Origin: Spirochaetia bacterium
GTDB lineage: Bacteria > Spirochaetota > Spirochaetia > CAKZLE01
Direction: 5' to 3'
Assembly: GCA_963677595.1 (NCBI GenBank)
Contig: OY782041.1
Span: 3,744,001-3,808,000, forward strand
DNA length: 64,000 bases
A program made the position numbers and the translations under genes. The notes beneath the pieces are model-generated. The model saw only the letters and a program-made list of their open reading frames with translations, did no database searches and was not told where the DNA came from. Shown in pieces: positions 17,621 through 28,761 of the stretch. Within the stretch, counting starts at the first letter, position 1, and every line of letters starts with the position of its first letter.

Positions 17621-20147
17621 AAGAAGCCCTCCGATAGAACTCATTGATCCTCTCGAGCTCCTTCCCGGTCACCTCCGGGATCTCTGCGAGTGAATCCATG
17701 ATGACCTGGAGGCTGTAGAGTGCCAGGTCGATCGCCGTATGGAAGTTCTTGACCGACTTGAACCAGAAGACCTGTTCGTTGTTCTGTTCGAGCGTGAGGA
17801 ACCCGAGCACCTTGCGGTTCTTCCTGATCTTGCAGAAGGCGAAGAGCATCTCGAGGTTGTCGATGAGCAGGTGGAACTGCGTATTCAGATCGAAGTTCCC
17901 CTTCGGCGGGGCATCGAGGATCCCCTTGTCCGGTTCGAGGTAGGGGATGATCTTCATGACGCTCGCAAGGCGGTCCCCTGTGTGTATATCATAGCTCTTC
18001 CAGGTGAGTTTCACCCGGTAGTTGCGGACACTCTTCGGGTCCTTGCTATAGGAATCGTGGAGCCTGCCTGCCTGTTCGAGCGGGATGACGATGAGCTTCT
18101 TGTTCCCCTTGTAGGGAATGATGTCATAGAGGTCCCGGTAGAGGATGATCCGAGACTCACCAGTCTTCTCGTCATTGAGGATCTTCTCGTGCTCCTTCGG
18201 CGGCCGCTCCTTCCTTCCGCGGCCGCGGTCATCGGCAGCCTTCGGCCGCCTGGCAGATTCTGCGCCGATACGGGGGAAGAAGTCCGGGTAGATCTCTTTG
18301 ATCCACTCCTTCTTCAATACGGAGACCGATCGTGCGAACATCCTCGTCGTCCTCACGATCTCGCCCGCTACGATGAAGCTCGGTGACTCCTTGAACATGA
18401 AGGATCCTGGATGGATGAAGATCCGTTCTGCCGTGAGGGAGCGATAGACGCCCCTGCCGTCCCGTACACAGACGAACTGGATGAGCCCCTTCGATACGGC
18501 ACAGAGGTAGTCGTGGATGGATCCCCCATGGAGGACCGGGATCTCGAGCGAGGAGACGATCTCCTCGAGCTGTTTCACGATGTTCACGATCTCCTCGGTC
18601 GTCTGGTAGTCGAGATAGTACTTCCTGCAGTACTCCTCCCGCTTCTTGTCGGTATCGAGGTTCGTGTAGAGCTTGTAGAGCCTCAGGTAGGAGACGAAAT
18701 CACCATAGCCGTCAGCGAAGGTGTTGTGCATGGTCCGTGATTCGTACTCCTTCCCGACTGGAAGGACGAAGGGACTCCTCGAAGAGAGGAAAGCGGCGGC
18801 GATGACCGTCTCATGGAGTACCTCAGGATAGGTATAGACTGCCTCCACGATCATACGTGAATGGCGGGGAAGCAGGGGGAACTCGGTCATGAGCTTGCCG
18901 ATGCGCGTCAGCTCGTTCTGCTCATCGATCGCGTCGAGCAGCTTGAGAGTGTTGACGGCACTCATGATCCCGACGAGGCCGGGGGAGGTGATGAAGTCGA
19001 AGCGGGGGAAATCATGGATACCCAGCTCAGCCATCCGGAGCACGACCTCAGAGAGGTCGGTGCGCTTGATCTCCTCGGAGGTGAACATCGGGCGTTCGTT
19101 GAAATCCTCCTGGGAGTAGATCCTGAAACAGTAGCCGGCGGTCGTCCGTCCCGCACGTCCCTTCCGCTGGTTGCAGGATGCCCGTGAGACCGGCACCTGG
19201 ATGAGGGAGGAGGTGAAGGTGTCGGTATTGTAGAAGTTCATCTTGGCGAGGCCGGAGTCGATGACGGTGGTGATGTTGTCGATCGTGATGCTCGTCTCGG
19301 CGATGTTCGTCGCGATGACCACCTTCGTCTTGCCTTCCGGGGTCTCGATGAACACCCGCTCCTGGTCCTCTTTCGGCAGTCTCCCGTAGAGCGGTATGAG
19401 CATGAGGTTCTTCGCCCACCGTTCACGGTTGAGTGCGAACATGCAGTCCTTGATCATCCTCTCCCCCGGCAGGAAGACGAGTACATCACCTTCGACCTTG
19501 CCGCTGTCCCGCTTCTGGATGATCTCGACGATCTTCCCGATGACCATGTCATAGTTGTCCGGCTCCTTCACCGGGCTGTAGATGAGCTTGATCGGGTAGA
19601 TCTTCGCATCGATATGGATGATCGGGCAGCCGTCGAAATACTCGGAGAATACCGTCGGGTTTATGGTAGCCGATGAGATGATCAACCTGAACTCGGGCCG
19701 CTCCTTGAGGATCTCCTTGAGCAGGCCGAGGATGAAATCGATGTTGAGTGACCGTTCATGGGCTTCGTCGACGATCAGGGTCGTGTACTTCCGCAGCAGG
19801 GGGTCTGCCTTCATCTCCTGCAGCAGGATGCCGTCGGTCATGACCTTGAGCTTCGTGTCCATGACCGTCTTGTCAGCGAACCGCATCTTGTACCCGACGA
19901 GGCCGGGGATCTTCGTCCCGAACTGGCGGGCGATGTAGTCGCTCACCGAGAGGGTAGCGATCCTCCTCGGCTGGGTGACGCCGATCATCCCGTGTTCGGC
20001 ACATCCTGCCTCATAGAGGATGATCGGAAGCTGTGTGGTCTTGCCGGAGCCGGTAGGGCTCTCGACGATCACCACCTGGTTATCTTTCAATTCTGACAGG
20101 ATGCGTTCCCGTTCCTTGTATACCGGTAAGTCATGCGGTCGTATCAA
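17601..20147 (-). CDS. hrpA: ATP-dependent DEAH-box RNA helicase HrpA
   Basis: GSGKTTQLP, TQPRRIA, DEAHERS, SAT, ATNIAETSITI, QRKGRAGR. Confidence 0.95.
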   Translation of the reverse strand: MIRPHDLPVYKERERILSELKDNQVVIVESPTGSGKTTQLPIILYEAGCAEHGMIGVTQPRRIATLSVSDYIARQFGTKIPGLVGYKMRFADKTVMDTKLKVMTDGILLQEMKADPLLRKYTTLIVDEAHERSLNIDFILGLLKEILKERPEFRLIISSATINPTVFSEYFDGCPIIHIDAKIYPIKLIYSPVKEPDNYDMVIGKIVEIIQKRDSGKVEGDVLVFLPGERMIKDCMFALNRERWAKNLMLIPLYGRLPKEDQERVFIETPEGKTKVVIATNIAETSITIDNITTVIDSGLAKMNFYNTDTFTSSLIQVPVSRASCNQRKGRAGRTTAGYCFRIYSQEDFNERPMFTSEEIKRTDLSEVVLRMAELGIHDFPRFDFITSPGLVGIMSAVNTLKLLDAIDEQNELTRIGKLMTEFPLLPRHSRMIVEAVYTYPEVLHETVIAAAFLSSRSPFVLPVGKEYESRTMHNTFADGYGDFVSYLRLYKLYTNLDTDKKREEYCRKYYLDYQTTEEIVNIVKQLEEIVSSLEIPVLHGGSIHDYLCAVSKGLIQFVCVRDGRGVYRSLTAERIFIHPGSFMFKESPSFIVAGEIVRTTRMFARSVSVLKKEWIKEIYPDFFPRIGAESARRPKAADDRGRGRKERPPKEHEKILNDEKTGESRIILYRDLYDIIPYKGNKKLIVIPLEQAGRLHDSYSKDPKSVRNYRVKLTWKSYDIHTGDRLASVMKIIPYLEPDKGILDAPPKGNFDLNTQFHLLIDNLEMLFAFCKIRKNRKVLGFLTLEQNNEQVFWFKSVKNFHTAIDLALYSLQVIMDSLAEIPEVTGKELERINEFYRRASSIFEKY

Positions 20148-21454
20148 TTCTTGTCTCCACGTGCGGTCATGATGATCTCGGCGGCTCTCTGTGCGGAGAT
20201 CCCGTCGAACTCCTCCCGGCTGTCCAGATCCTTGAGCCTGAGCAGGCCGGATTCAGCCTCCTCGGACCCGATGAAGATGCCGAAGGGGATACCCTTGCGT
20301 TCTGCGAACTTGAACTGGCCGCCCAGTTTCTTCGCGCTGGGGTAGACTTCCACACGCAGGCCGAGGGAACGGAGTTCCTGGGCAGCCTTGTGGCATTCAC
20401 CGAGTAGGGAGTCATCCATGTCGAAGATGATCGCATCGACTGACCTTTCTGTCCCTGCATCCTCCTGCAGCTCCTCGAGGGCGGCAAGCAGGCGGTCGAG
20501 GCCGATGGATGATCCGACCCCGGGGAGGGAGCGCTTGGTGTAGAGGGAAGCAAGCTCGTTGTACCTGCCCCCGGAACAGACCGAACCGATCGAGGGGAGG
20601 TCATCAAGGATCGTCTCGTAGACGATGCCGGTGTAGTAGTCAAGACCGCGCGTGATCGATGGGTCGAGCGTGAAGTGGTCGTTGAGGCCGAGCCTGTCGA
20701 TGAGGGTGAAGATGCCATAGAGGCGTTCAGACGCTTCAGTCTCCCCGCCAGAGAGGGTGACCATGTTCTGGTAGGTCTCTTCCTGCGTCGGCTTCTCCTC
20801 GATGAAGGAGAGGACCTTGAGCGAGAGCTCATGGTCGATGAGTTCGTCGAGCTGGGAGATGACGGCATCCCTGCCGATCTTGGAGAGCTTGTCGACGGTC
20901 CTCAGGATCTCCTCAGAGCTTTCCAGGATGCCGTTGGTCTCGAGGAAGGCATTGAAGATGCCCCGGTGGGAGAACCGGATGGTGAACCGGTCGATGCCGA
21001 TCCCCTTGAGGGACTGGTACATCATAAGCAGGATCTCGAAGTCAGCTGAGAGGGAGTCTACCCCCACGATATCGAAATCGCACTGGAAGAACTCGCGGAA
21101 CCGACCCTTCTGGGTGTTCTCGCCCCTCCATACCTTCGCGATATGGTAGCGCTTGAACGGCTCATAGAGCTCGTTGATATGCCCGGCCATGAACCGTGCG
21201 AAGGGGACGGTGAGGTCGAAGCGCATGGCAACGTCGCGTTTGCCGTTGTCGAGGAAGCGGTAGATCTGCTTGTCAGTCTCCCCGCTCCCCTTGCCGAGCA
21301 GTACCTCGGTGTATTCGAGTATCGGTGTATCGATCGGTTCGAAGCCGAATGAACGGAAGCGCATCTCCAGCGAGTGGATGAGATCCCGTTTCTGCAGCTC
21401 CTGTTTGGGAAGTGAATCCCTGAAACCCTTCAATACACGCGGTTCAATGATCAT
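20144..21454 (-). CDS. hisS: Histidine-tRNA ligase
   Basis: RFDLTVP, GRFREFFQCDFD, RGLDYYTG, SGGRY. Confidence 0.98.
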   Translation of the reverse strand: MIIEPRVLKGFRDSLPKQELQKRDLIHSLEMRFRSFGFEPIDTPILEYTEVLLGKGSGETDKQIYRFLDNGKRDVAMRFDLTVPFARFMAGHINELYEPFKRYHIAKVWRGENTQKGRFREFFQCDFDIVGVDSLSADFEILLMMYQSLKGIGIDRFTIRFSHRGIFNAFLETNGILESSEEILRTVDKLSKIGRDAVISQLDELIDHELSLKVLSFIEEKPTQEETYQNMVTLSGGETEASERLYGIFTLIDRLGLNDHFTLDPSITRGLDYYTGIVYETILDDLPSIGSVCSGGRYNELASLYTKRSLPGVGSSIGLDRLLAALEELQEDAGTERSVDAIIFDMDDSLLGECHKAAQELRSLGLRVEVYPSAKKLGGQFKFAERKGIPFGIFIGSEEAESGLLRLKDLDSREEFDGISAQRAAEIIMTARGDKN

Positions 21455-21580
21455 GGATGCTCCTTTTTACCTGTAAATCATATGGTATTACTGTTAGACA
21501 GTTGTTAAATCTTCAAAAAGTTGATAGGGTAATCATACTCAATAAAGCAGATAACTTCAATCAATATGAGAATTATATAG

Positions 21581-22813
21581 ATGCTAATACGTTACAGAAT
21601 GAATGAACACGGCAAGCGTCAGGCTATTGCCAAGGTATTTACCGAACAGGACTTCTCAGTCAGGATGAGCGATGTGGACCCCGACGCCGTCCTCATCGTC
21701 GACCGGCTCAAGAAGAACGGGTTCGAGGCCTACATCGTAGGCGGGGCGGTACGCGACCTGCTGCTTGGGAAGATCCCCAAGGATTTCGATATCTCGACCG
21801 ACGCGAACCCGAAGCAGATCCGGAAACTCTTCTGGAACTCCCGGATCATCGGCAGGCGGTTCAAGCTCGTCCATATCTATTTCCAGGAGAAGATCTTCGA
21901 GGTATCGACCTTCCGGTCGAACGAGATCGACCCCGAGCAGGGGAACAACGTCTACGGGACCATCGAGCAGGACGCGAAACGGCGGGACTTCTCGATCAAC
22001 GGCCTCTACTTCGACCCCATCGAGAAGCACATCGTCGATTTCGGGGACTATTACAAGGATATCACCAGCCGCAGGATGCGGTCGATCATCCCGCTGAACG
22101 AGACCTTCATCGAGGATCCCGTCAGGATGATACGCTGCATCAAGTACTCGGTGGCCGGGGATTTCACCATACCGTTCCGACTCGACCGGGCGATCAAGAA
22201 GTATGCGGATGAGCTTCACCGCTGCTCCTCTTCGAGGATGACCGAGGAGGTCTTCAAGATCCTCCAGACAGGCTATTCGAAGCCGATCTTCGAGCGCCTC
22301 ATCCACTACCGGCTCTTCCGCCATGTGCTCCCCGGTGTCTCGGACCAGATCGACCACGGGAAGAACAGGATCCTCTCTGACCAGCTCTATGAGTCGCTCT
22401 CGACCCTTGATGGTGTGATCAGGCACAATGAGAATGTCACCCGGGCCCGGATGCTCGCAGGTCTCGTGGACCCCTTCCTCAGCTTCCCGGATGAGTATGA
22501 GAACTCACTCGAACTCTTCCGATCGGTCTTCAAGCAGATCAAGCAGATCATAGCGCCGATAACTCCCCCGAACTACGAGGTGGAGAAGTCTGTCGAGTTC
22601 TTCTTCAAGAATGAGAACATAAAAGTGCCGAAGAATGCCGTGCGAAAACCGAACAACAAGAAGCCGCCGGTGAAGACTCAGAAGCAGCAGCGCAGGCGGA
22701 GGCCCCAGAAGTCGAGGAAGAAGGGCAGCAGTGCCAAGGGACAGCCCCAGAAAGGGCAATCCCAGAATGGGAAAGCCAAACAAGGGCAAGCCTCTACCCA
22801 GGGGAAGAACTAG
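21581..22813 (+). CDS. pcnB: Poly(A) polymerase PcnB
   Basis: GGAVRDLL..PKDFD; poly(A) polymerase signature IIGRRFKLVHI; RRDFSIN, EDPVRMIR. Confidence 0.9.
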   Translation: MLIRYRMNEHGKRQAIAKVFTEQDFSVRMSDVDPDAVLIVDRLKKNGFEAYIVGGAVRDLLLGKIPKDFDISTDANPKQIRKLFWNSRIIGRRFKLVHIYFQEKIFEVSTFRSNEIDPEQGNNVYGTIEQDAKRRDFSINGLYFDPIEKHIVDFGDYYKDITSRRMRSIIPLNETFIEDPVRMIRCIKYSVAGDFTIPFRLDRAIKKYADELHRCSSSRMTEEVFKILQTGYSKPIFERLIHYRLFRHVLPGVSDQIDHGKNRILSDQLYESLSTLDGVIRHNENVTRARMLAGLVDPFLSFPDEYENSLELFRSVFKQIKQIIAPITPPNYEVEKSVEFFFKNENIKVPKNAVRKPNNKKPPVKTQKQQRRRRPQKSRKKGSSAKGQPQKGQSQNGKAKQGQASTQGKN

Positions 22814-23673
22814 TTCATCCAGTCATCCACTTCTATATTGATCTCCGAGGTGATGACCCCGCCGTACCGCTCCAGGCTGTCCGCTATATAGGTCTGGAGC
22901 TCCTTGAGCGACCCTGACACCTGGAACTTGATGGGTATCTTGAGCTTGATGTGCAGCTGGTAGCCGTCGGGGTTGTTCTTGATCGTGACCTTCTTCACCC
23001 TGATCATGTCATCGAACTCATCAAGGCAGTGGATGACCATCTGCGTCAATGCCGCCTCAGACATGGTGATCTTCCCCTTCTTGCCGAACTCCGGACGGAT
23101 GATGGTCTTCTCGAAGACCTTCTGCTTCTTCCAGGGCAGGGGGACCTTCGTCTTGAAGAAGATCCTCATGGAGTCATAGACCTCCTGCGGGTAGTTCCGC
23201 GAGATCTCGATGGTCGGGACGGGGATGACGTGCTTGCCCTCGGAGTTTCGGATGCGCATGGCCGTCTCGATCTCCTCCTTGCTCGCGAGGTCCTCGATCT
23301 TGATGACCTTCTCAGGTTCGGGGAGCTTGAGCCTCACGGCGATCCGGTTCACCATCTTCTCTGACGTGCCGATGATGAGGATCTTCTTGAAGTGGGTCTT
23401 CTGCAGCTTGGAATAGACATCATCTCGATGGGCATCATCATCGAAGAGGGCAGTCTTGATCGCCTTGAGGAAGACCTGCTCCTTCTTCGCGGACTTCCCC
23501 GCGATGATCTTGTCCCCCTCTATGAGCAGTCCGTCATCGATGATGAGTTCAATACCATATTTATCTGCTACGAGCTTGGATCTGAAACTCTTGCCGGTGC
23601 CGCTCCGCCCGACGAGGGCGAAGACCTTTCTGCCCCTGAGTTTCCAGATCGTGTAGCGCATCAATCTGTTCAT
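22810..23673 (-). CDS. Hypothetical P-loop protein with a C-terminal Asp23/Gls24-like domain
   Basis: GRSGTGKS, IIDDGLLI, GKHVIPVP, KTIIRP; ATG 23673 preferred because of promoter geometry. Confidence 0.8.
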   Translation of the reverse strand: MNRLMRYTIWKLRGRKVFALVGRSGTGKSFRSKLVADKYGIELIIDDGLLIEGDKIIAGKSAKKEQVFLKAIKTALFDDDAHRDDVYSKLQKTHFKKILIIGTSEKMVNRIAVRLKLPEPEKVIKIEDLASKEEIETAMRIRNSEGKHVIPVPTIEISRNYPQEVYDSMRIFFKTKVPLPWKKQKVFEKTIIRPEFGKKGKITMSEAALTQMVIHCLDEFDDMIRVKKVTIKNNPDGYQLHIKLKIPIKFQVSGSLKELQTYIADSLERYGGVITSEINIEVDDWMN

Positions 23674-23824
23674 GATGCTACTATACCCATTTGTCAGCCT
23701 GATGTCCATGAATTACGGGAGAGTAATAATGTGAATACACGGTTTTATCCTGACAGAAAAAATCATGGTTTTCATATCATCCGGTCTGACTCTGCAAGAG
23801 CCCTTACTTTTGGTTCCACCAATA

Positions 23825-23853
23825 TTGATTAAATAAACCAATAGCGGTATAGT
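23825..23853 (+). promoter_or_regulatory. Putative sigma70 promoter for the ATPase operon
   Basis: TTGATT, 17 nt, TATAGT. Confidence 0.65.
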
Positions 23854-23880
23854 AGGAAAAAATCTTGTTCGAGGGACCGC

Positions 23881-24492
23881 ATGGAAGTACAGGTAAAAGA
23901 GCTCATCAAATCCATCCAGAAGGATGGTATCGAGGCTGCTGAGAAACAGTCAGGTGAAATTGTAGATAAAGCGAAGAAAGAGGCCGAGCAGATCGTATCC
24001 AAAGCGAAGAAAGAGGCTGAACGCATCCTTGCAGATGCAGGCAAAGAGGTCGAGCGACTGAGACTCAGTTCCACGGCTTCCCTGGAGCAGTCGGCACGGG
24101 ATGTCCTGCTCTCCCTGGAACAGAAGATCAGGAAGGTCCTGGATGCCGCCCTGTTCACGGAAGTGACGAAGAACATGTCCGGCAAGGTCCTTGCAGGCTG
24201 TATCACCGATGTGGTCAAGAGCGACCTGGTGGAGACCGGTGCTGTCGCGCTGGAGCTCTCCGAGAAGGATGCTTCCCAGATCCTCGAGGGGTTGAAGAAG
24301 AGCCTGGAGAAGGAACTTGCAGCCGGTCTCGAGATCAAGCCCATCGCATCGGCGCAGGGCGGGTTCATCATCCGACAGAAGGACGGCAAGGCTTATTACG
24401 ACTTCTCCGTCAAGGAGATCGCGGCCAACGTGGTGAGACTGGTCAACCCCTATGTCGCTGAAGTCATCCAGAATGCCGTGAAAGGAGCATAA
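23881..24492 (+). CDS. atpE: V/A-type ATP synthase subunit E
   Basis: Charged helical N-terminus (AKKEAE repeats); GGFII...YYDFS; first gene of the operon. Confidence 0.88.
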   Translation: MEVQVKELIKSIQKDGIEAAEKQSGEIVDKAKKEAEQIVSKAKKEAERILADAGKEVERLRLSSTASLEQSARDVLLSLEQKIRKVLDAALFTEVTKNMSGKVLAGCITDVVKSDLVETGAVALELSEKDASQILEGLKKSLEKELAAGLEIKPIASAQGGFIIRQKDGKAYYDFSVKEIAANVVRLVNPYVAEVIQNAVKGA

Positions 24493-25037
24493 TGGTGGCC
24501 GATTACTATTATCTGGTCTCCTCTCTCCCAGAACTGCAGCTTGAGGCACCCCCGCTCATCTCGCGAGAGGAGTTCCTCTCACTGTGCGAGGAACAGCTTA
24601 CCGACAGGGACCTGAGCATCATGCAGGCCCTCGTCTCCGGGGTCTCCGGCACCGGCGGTTCTGAGACCGCAGCCCAATGGGTCTCCTTCTCTGACTCCCT
24701 CGATGCCGAACTGGCATCCCAGCGGGCCCAGAGGATGAACCTCAAGGACCAGTCCTCTTATATACCGCAGGAACTCCCTCCTGCATCCATCGTCGACCTT
24801 GTCGCAAAAGCTATGTCCGACCTTTCACCCCTTGAGAGCGAAAGGCTGCTTGACGAGGCACGACTCGCATTTCTCGATGAACTTGCTGTGAACCACCACT
24901 TTGACCTTACAAGGATCATCGTCTATTACCTGAAGCTCACGATTCTCGATCGTGAGCAGTCCTTCGAGTTCGATCGCGGTGATGCTGAATTCAGAAGGTT
25001 GTTATCGAATATACAAACTAGCATACGAAGCTATTAA
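24492..25037 (+). CDS. DUF2764-family protein, V-ATPase subunit C-like
   Basis: YYYLVSSLPEL N-terminus, HHFD...YYLKL.IL.R; lies between subunits E and A. Confidence 0.82.
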   Translation: MVADYYYLVSSLPELQLEAPPLISREEFLSLCEEQLTDRDLSIMQALVSGVSGTGGSETAAQWVSFSDSLDAELASQRAQRMNLKDQSSYIPQELPPASIVDLVAKAMSDLSPLESERLLDEARLAFLDELAVNHHFDLTRIIVYYLKLTILDREQSFEFDRGDAEFRRLLSNIQTSIRSY

Positions 25038-25052
25038 TTACGGGGTTGATAC

Positions 25053-26816
25053 ATGTCTGTGAGTAAAGGAACGGTTGTAGGGATCAACGGCAACATGGTC
25101 TCAGTAAAGGTCGAAGGGAATGTCTCCCTGAATGAGGTTGCCTATATCCTGCTCGGGAAGACCCGGGTCAAATCAGAGGTCATCAGGATCCGCGGAGACA
25201 TCGTCTCCATGCAGGCCTTCGAGATGACCGGGGGTATCGGGGTCGGTGATGAGGTCGAGTTCACCGGTGAGATGCTCAGCGTCGAGCTCGGTCCCGGGCT
25301 GCTCGGACAGGTCTACGACGGCCTGCAGAACCCGCTGCCCGAACTTGCAGAGAAGTGCGGGTTCTTCCTCGAACGGGGGGAGTACATCAAGGCGCTCCCG
25401 AAGAGCAGCTGGGATTTCACCCCTTCCGTGAAGAAGGGCGATACCCTCCAGCCTGCCGATTCCATCGGTTCCGTACCGGAAGGCATCTTCGATCACAAGA
25501 TCATGGTCCCGTTCAACCTGCCAAAAGGCGAGTACACAGTCAAGTCGATCGTGAAGAAGGGATCCTACAGTAATGATGAGACCATAGCCGTCATCACTGA
25601 CAGCGAGGGGAACGACCATGACCTTACCATGATCTTCACCTGGCCGGTCAAGAAGGCGATCAGCCTCTATGAGGAACGGCTGAAACCGGTAGAGCCGATG
25701 ATTACGAAGGTCAGGCTCATCGATACCTTCCTCCCCGTGGCAAAGGGCGGTACCTACTGTATCCCCGGCCCCTTCGGTGCCGGCAAGACCGTCCTGCAGC
25801 AGGTGACCAGCCGTAACGCAGAGGTCGATATCGTCATCATCGCAGCCTGCGGAGAACGTGCCGGAGAGGTCGTCGAGACCCTGCAGGAGTTCCCCGAACT
25901 CATAGACCCCAGGACGGGGAAGTCGCTCATGGAGAGGACGCTCATCATCTGCAATACTTCCTCGATGCCGGTAGCGGCCAGGGAGGCCTCGGTATACACC
26001 GCGGTGACCCTCGCTGAGTACTACCGCCAGATGGGACTCGATGTCCTGCTCCTGGCAGACTCTACCTCTCGGTGGGCACAGGCAATGAGGGAGATGTCAG
26101 GACGGCTCGAGGAGATCCCGGGTGAGGAATCCTTCCCAGCATACCTGGAGTCGGTCATCGCGAGTTTCTACGAGCGAGCCGGCCTGGTTCGTTTGCGTGA
26201 TGGTTCGATCGGTTCAGTAACGATCGGCGGCACGGTAAGCCCTGCAGGGGGTAACTTCGAAGAGCCGGTGACACAGGCGACCTTGAAGGTCGTCGGTGCG
26301 TTCCACGGACTCTCGAGGGAACGTTCCGATGCCCGTAAGTACCCGGCCATCCACCCGCTGGACAGCTGGTCGAAATACAATGGTGTCATCGACAATGACC
26401 TTACAGCCTATGCGCGAGGCATCCTCTTCAGGGGTGATGAGGTCAACCAGATGATGAAGGTCGTAGGTGAAGAGGGTACGAGCCTCGGGGACTACATCAC
26501 CTTCCTCAAGTCTGACATGCTCGATGCTGTCTACCTCCAGCAGGACTCCTTCGACCCGACAGACGAGTCAGTCGGCGTCGACCGGCAGAAATATGTGTTC
26601 CGGAAGATGGTCACCATCCTCGGTTCGGAATACAAGCTCTCCACCAAGGAGGCAGCACGTCACTTCTTTAACCAGCTGAGGCAGAAACTGCTCGACCTGA
26701 ACGTCTGCGAGTGGCAGAGTGACAAGTTCGAGCTGCAGGAGAAGGATGTGGACGGGATGCTCGATGAGTACTTCGTCTCCCTCGACGGGGATGTAGAGAA
26801 ATTATTAGGTAAATAG
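25053..26816 (+). CDS. atpA: V/A-type ATP synthase subunit A
   Basis: [37 protein letters not shown]. Confidence 0.98.
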   Translation: MSVSKGTVVGINGNMVSVKVEGNVSLNEVAYILLGKTRVKSEVIRIRGDIVSMQAFEMTGGIGVGDEVEFTGEMLSVELGPGLLGQVYDGLQNPLPELAEKCGFFLERGEYIKALPKSSWDFTPSVKKGDTLQPADSIGSVPEGIFDHKIMVPFNLPKGEYTVKSIVKKGSYSNDETIAVITDSEGNDHDLTMIFTWPVKKAISLYEERLKPVEPMITKVRLIDTFLPVAKGGTYCIPGPFGAGKTVLQQVTSRNAEVDIVIIAACGERAGEVVETLQEFPELIDPRTGKSLMERTLIICNTSSMPVAAREASVYTAVTLAEYYRQMGLDVLLLADSTSRWAQAMREMSGRLEEIPGEESFPAYLESVIASFYERAGLVRLRDGSIGSVTIGGTVSPAGGNFEEPVTQATLKVVGAFHGLSRERSDARKYPAIHPLDSWSKYNGVIDNDLTAYARGILFRGDEVNQMMKVVGEEGTSLGDYITFLKSDMLDAVYLQQDSFDPTDESVGVDRQKYVFRKMVTILGSEYKLSTKEAARHFFNQLRQKLLDLNVCEWQSDKFELQEKDVDGMLDEYFVSLDGDVEKLLGK

Positions 26817-26827
26817 AGGCGTTAGTG

Positions 26828-28126
26828 ATGCAGAAAGTATATACAAGGATTGATTCGATTTCAGGTAACGTGATCACGGTCTCCGCACAGGGCGTGAGGA
26901 ATCAGGACCTTGCTGTCGTGAGCACGAAGGACGGGGAATCACTGGCGAGCGTCATCAAGCTCGACGGGGACTCCGTCTCATTGCAGGTGTTCGCAGGGGG
27001 CAGGGGTATATCGACAGGGGACACGGTCAGGTTTCTCGGCCACCCGATGCAGGTATCGTTCACCGACAACCTCATGGGGCGCGTCTTCGACGGGAGCGGC
27101 CACCCGAGGGACAACGGCCCGGAACTCACCGAGAACATGATCCCCATCGGCGGGCCGTCGGTCAACCCGGCGAAACGAATCGTCGCATCGAAGATGATCC
27201 GTACCGGAATACCGATGATCGACGTCTTCAACACCCTCGTCGAGTCACAGAAGCTACCGATCTTCTCCGTATCGGGGGAGCCCTACAATGAGCTGCTCTC
27301 ACGGATCGCCATGCAGGCCGAGGTCGACCTGATCATCCTCGGCGGTATGGGACTCAAGTATGATGACTACCTCACCTTCAGGGAGACCCTCGAGGAGGGC
27401 GGGGCGATGAGCAGGACGATCTTCTTCGTCCATACCGCAGCCGACCCGACCGTCGAGTGTATGCTCGTCCCCGATATATCCCTCGCGGTCGCGGAACAGT
27501 TCGCGCTGCAGGGGAAGCGGGTTCTCGTGTTGCTCACCGACATGACGAACTTCTCCGACTCCCTCAAGGAGATCGCGATCACCATGGACCAGGTACCCTC
27601 GAACCGAGGGTATCCCGGGGACCTCTACAGCTCGCTGGCCTCACGATATGAGAAGGCTGTCGACTTCGAGGGTGCCGGCTCGGTCACCATCCTCGCTGTG
27701 ACGACCATGCCCGGGGATGACGTCACCCATCCGGTACCTGACAATACCGGGTACATCACGGAGGGCCAGTACTACCTGAAGAACGGGAGGATCGAGCCCT
27801 TCGGTTCCCTCTCGCGACTGAAGCAGCAGGTGAACAAGGACACCCGTGACGACCACCGTTCGCTGATGGATGGTATGATCAAGCTCTATGCAGCCTTCAA
27901 GGAGTCCATGGAGAAGAAGTCCATGGGATTCCAGATGTCTGACTGGGACAACAAGCTCATCCGCTATGGCAGCCTCTTCGAGAAGGAGATGATGGACCTG
28001 TCGGTCAACGTCCCGCTCGAGAAGGCCCTCGACAAGGGCTGGGAGATCCTTGCCGCAACGCTCACTCCTGAGGAGACGGGCCTGAGGACGGAATTGGTCA
28101 TGAAGCACTGGCCGAAAGAATCGTAA
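26828..28126 (+). CDS. atpB: V/A-type ATP synthase subunit B
   Basis: [38 protein letters not shown]. Confidence 0.98.
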   Translation: MQKVYTRIDSISGNVITVSAQGVRNQDLAVVSTKDGESLASVIKLDGDSVSLQVFAGGRGISTGDTVRFLGHPMQVSFTDNLMGRVFDGSGHPRDNGPELTENMIPIGGPSVNPAKRIVASKMIRTGIPMIDVFNTLVESQKLPIFSVSGEPYNELLSRIAMQAEVDLIILGGMGLKYDDYLTFRETLEEGGAMSRTIFFVHTAADPTVECMLVPDISLAVAEQFALQGKRVLVLLTDMTNFSDSLKEIAITMDQVPSNRGYPGDLYSSLASRYEKAVDFEGAGSVTILAVTTMPGDDVTHPVPDNTGYITEGQYYLKNGRIEPFGSLSRLKQQVNKDTRDDHRSLMDGMIKLYAAFKESMEKKSMGFQMSDWDNKLIRYGSLFEKEMMDLSVNVPLEKALDKGWEILAATLTPEETGLRTELVMKHWPKES

Positions 28127-28145
28127 GAAGTAGAAGGATCTGCAC

Positions 28146-28760
28146 ATGGCATCAGTCAAGTTGACGAAGACAGAATTGAAGAAACAGAAGGACCAGCTGA
28201 AACGCTACAACCGGTACCTCCCGACCCTGCTGCTCAAGAAGCAGCAGCTCCAGCTGGTGATCAGGAAACTCGAACAGGAGATCCTTGATTACCGCAGGAA
28301 GCAGGAACAGGTGCACCGGTCTCTGCTGCACTGGGTCCATGTCTTCGGTGAGAATCTGCAGTTCCCGGAAGATATGAGGCTCGAACATCTCGTGAAGGTC
28401 GATTCCATCATCAAGCGAAAGGGGAACATAGCGGGGGTGACCATACCGATCTTCGAGGAACTTACCTTCGTCGATATCTCCTACGACCTGCGGGTATACC
28501 CGCTGTGGGTCGACCAGGGGATCGCTTCCCTGCGCGATATCGCCCAGTTCGACGCGATGATCTCCGTGCTCGAGAAGCAGATAGAGCTCCTCGGGAACGA
28601 GCTGCGCACCACGTCCCAGCGGGTCAACCTGTTCGAGAAGATCAAGATCCCTGAATCGAAGGATAATATACGAAGGATCTCCATCGCGCTTGGGGACCAG
28701 CAGACAGCATCTGTCGTCCGTGGAAAGATAGCCAAGGGCAAACTTACAAAGGTTTCATGA
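28146..28760 (+). CDS. atpD: V/A-type ATP synthase subunit D
   Basis: TKTELKKQK..L...LPTL.LKKQQL; TTSQRVNLFEKIKIP. Confidence 0.95.
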   Translation: MASVKLTKTELKKQKDQLKRYNRYLPTLLLKKQQLQLVIRKLEQEILDYRRKQEQVHRSLLHWVHVFGENLQFPEDMRLEHLVKVDSIIKRKGNIAGVTIPIFEELTFVDISYDLRVYPLWVDQGIASLRDIAQFDAMISVLEKQIELLGNELRTTSQRVNLFEKIKIPESKDNIRRISIALGDQQTASVVRGKIAKGKLTKVS

Positions 28761-28761
28761 C

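Noticed and set aside
23967-24020. Direct repeat AAAGCGAAGAAAGAGGC in subunit E
   Set aside because: It encodes the ordinary KAKKEAE helical repeat of the peripheral stalk.
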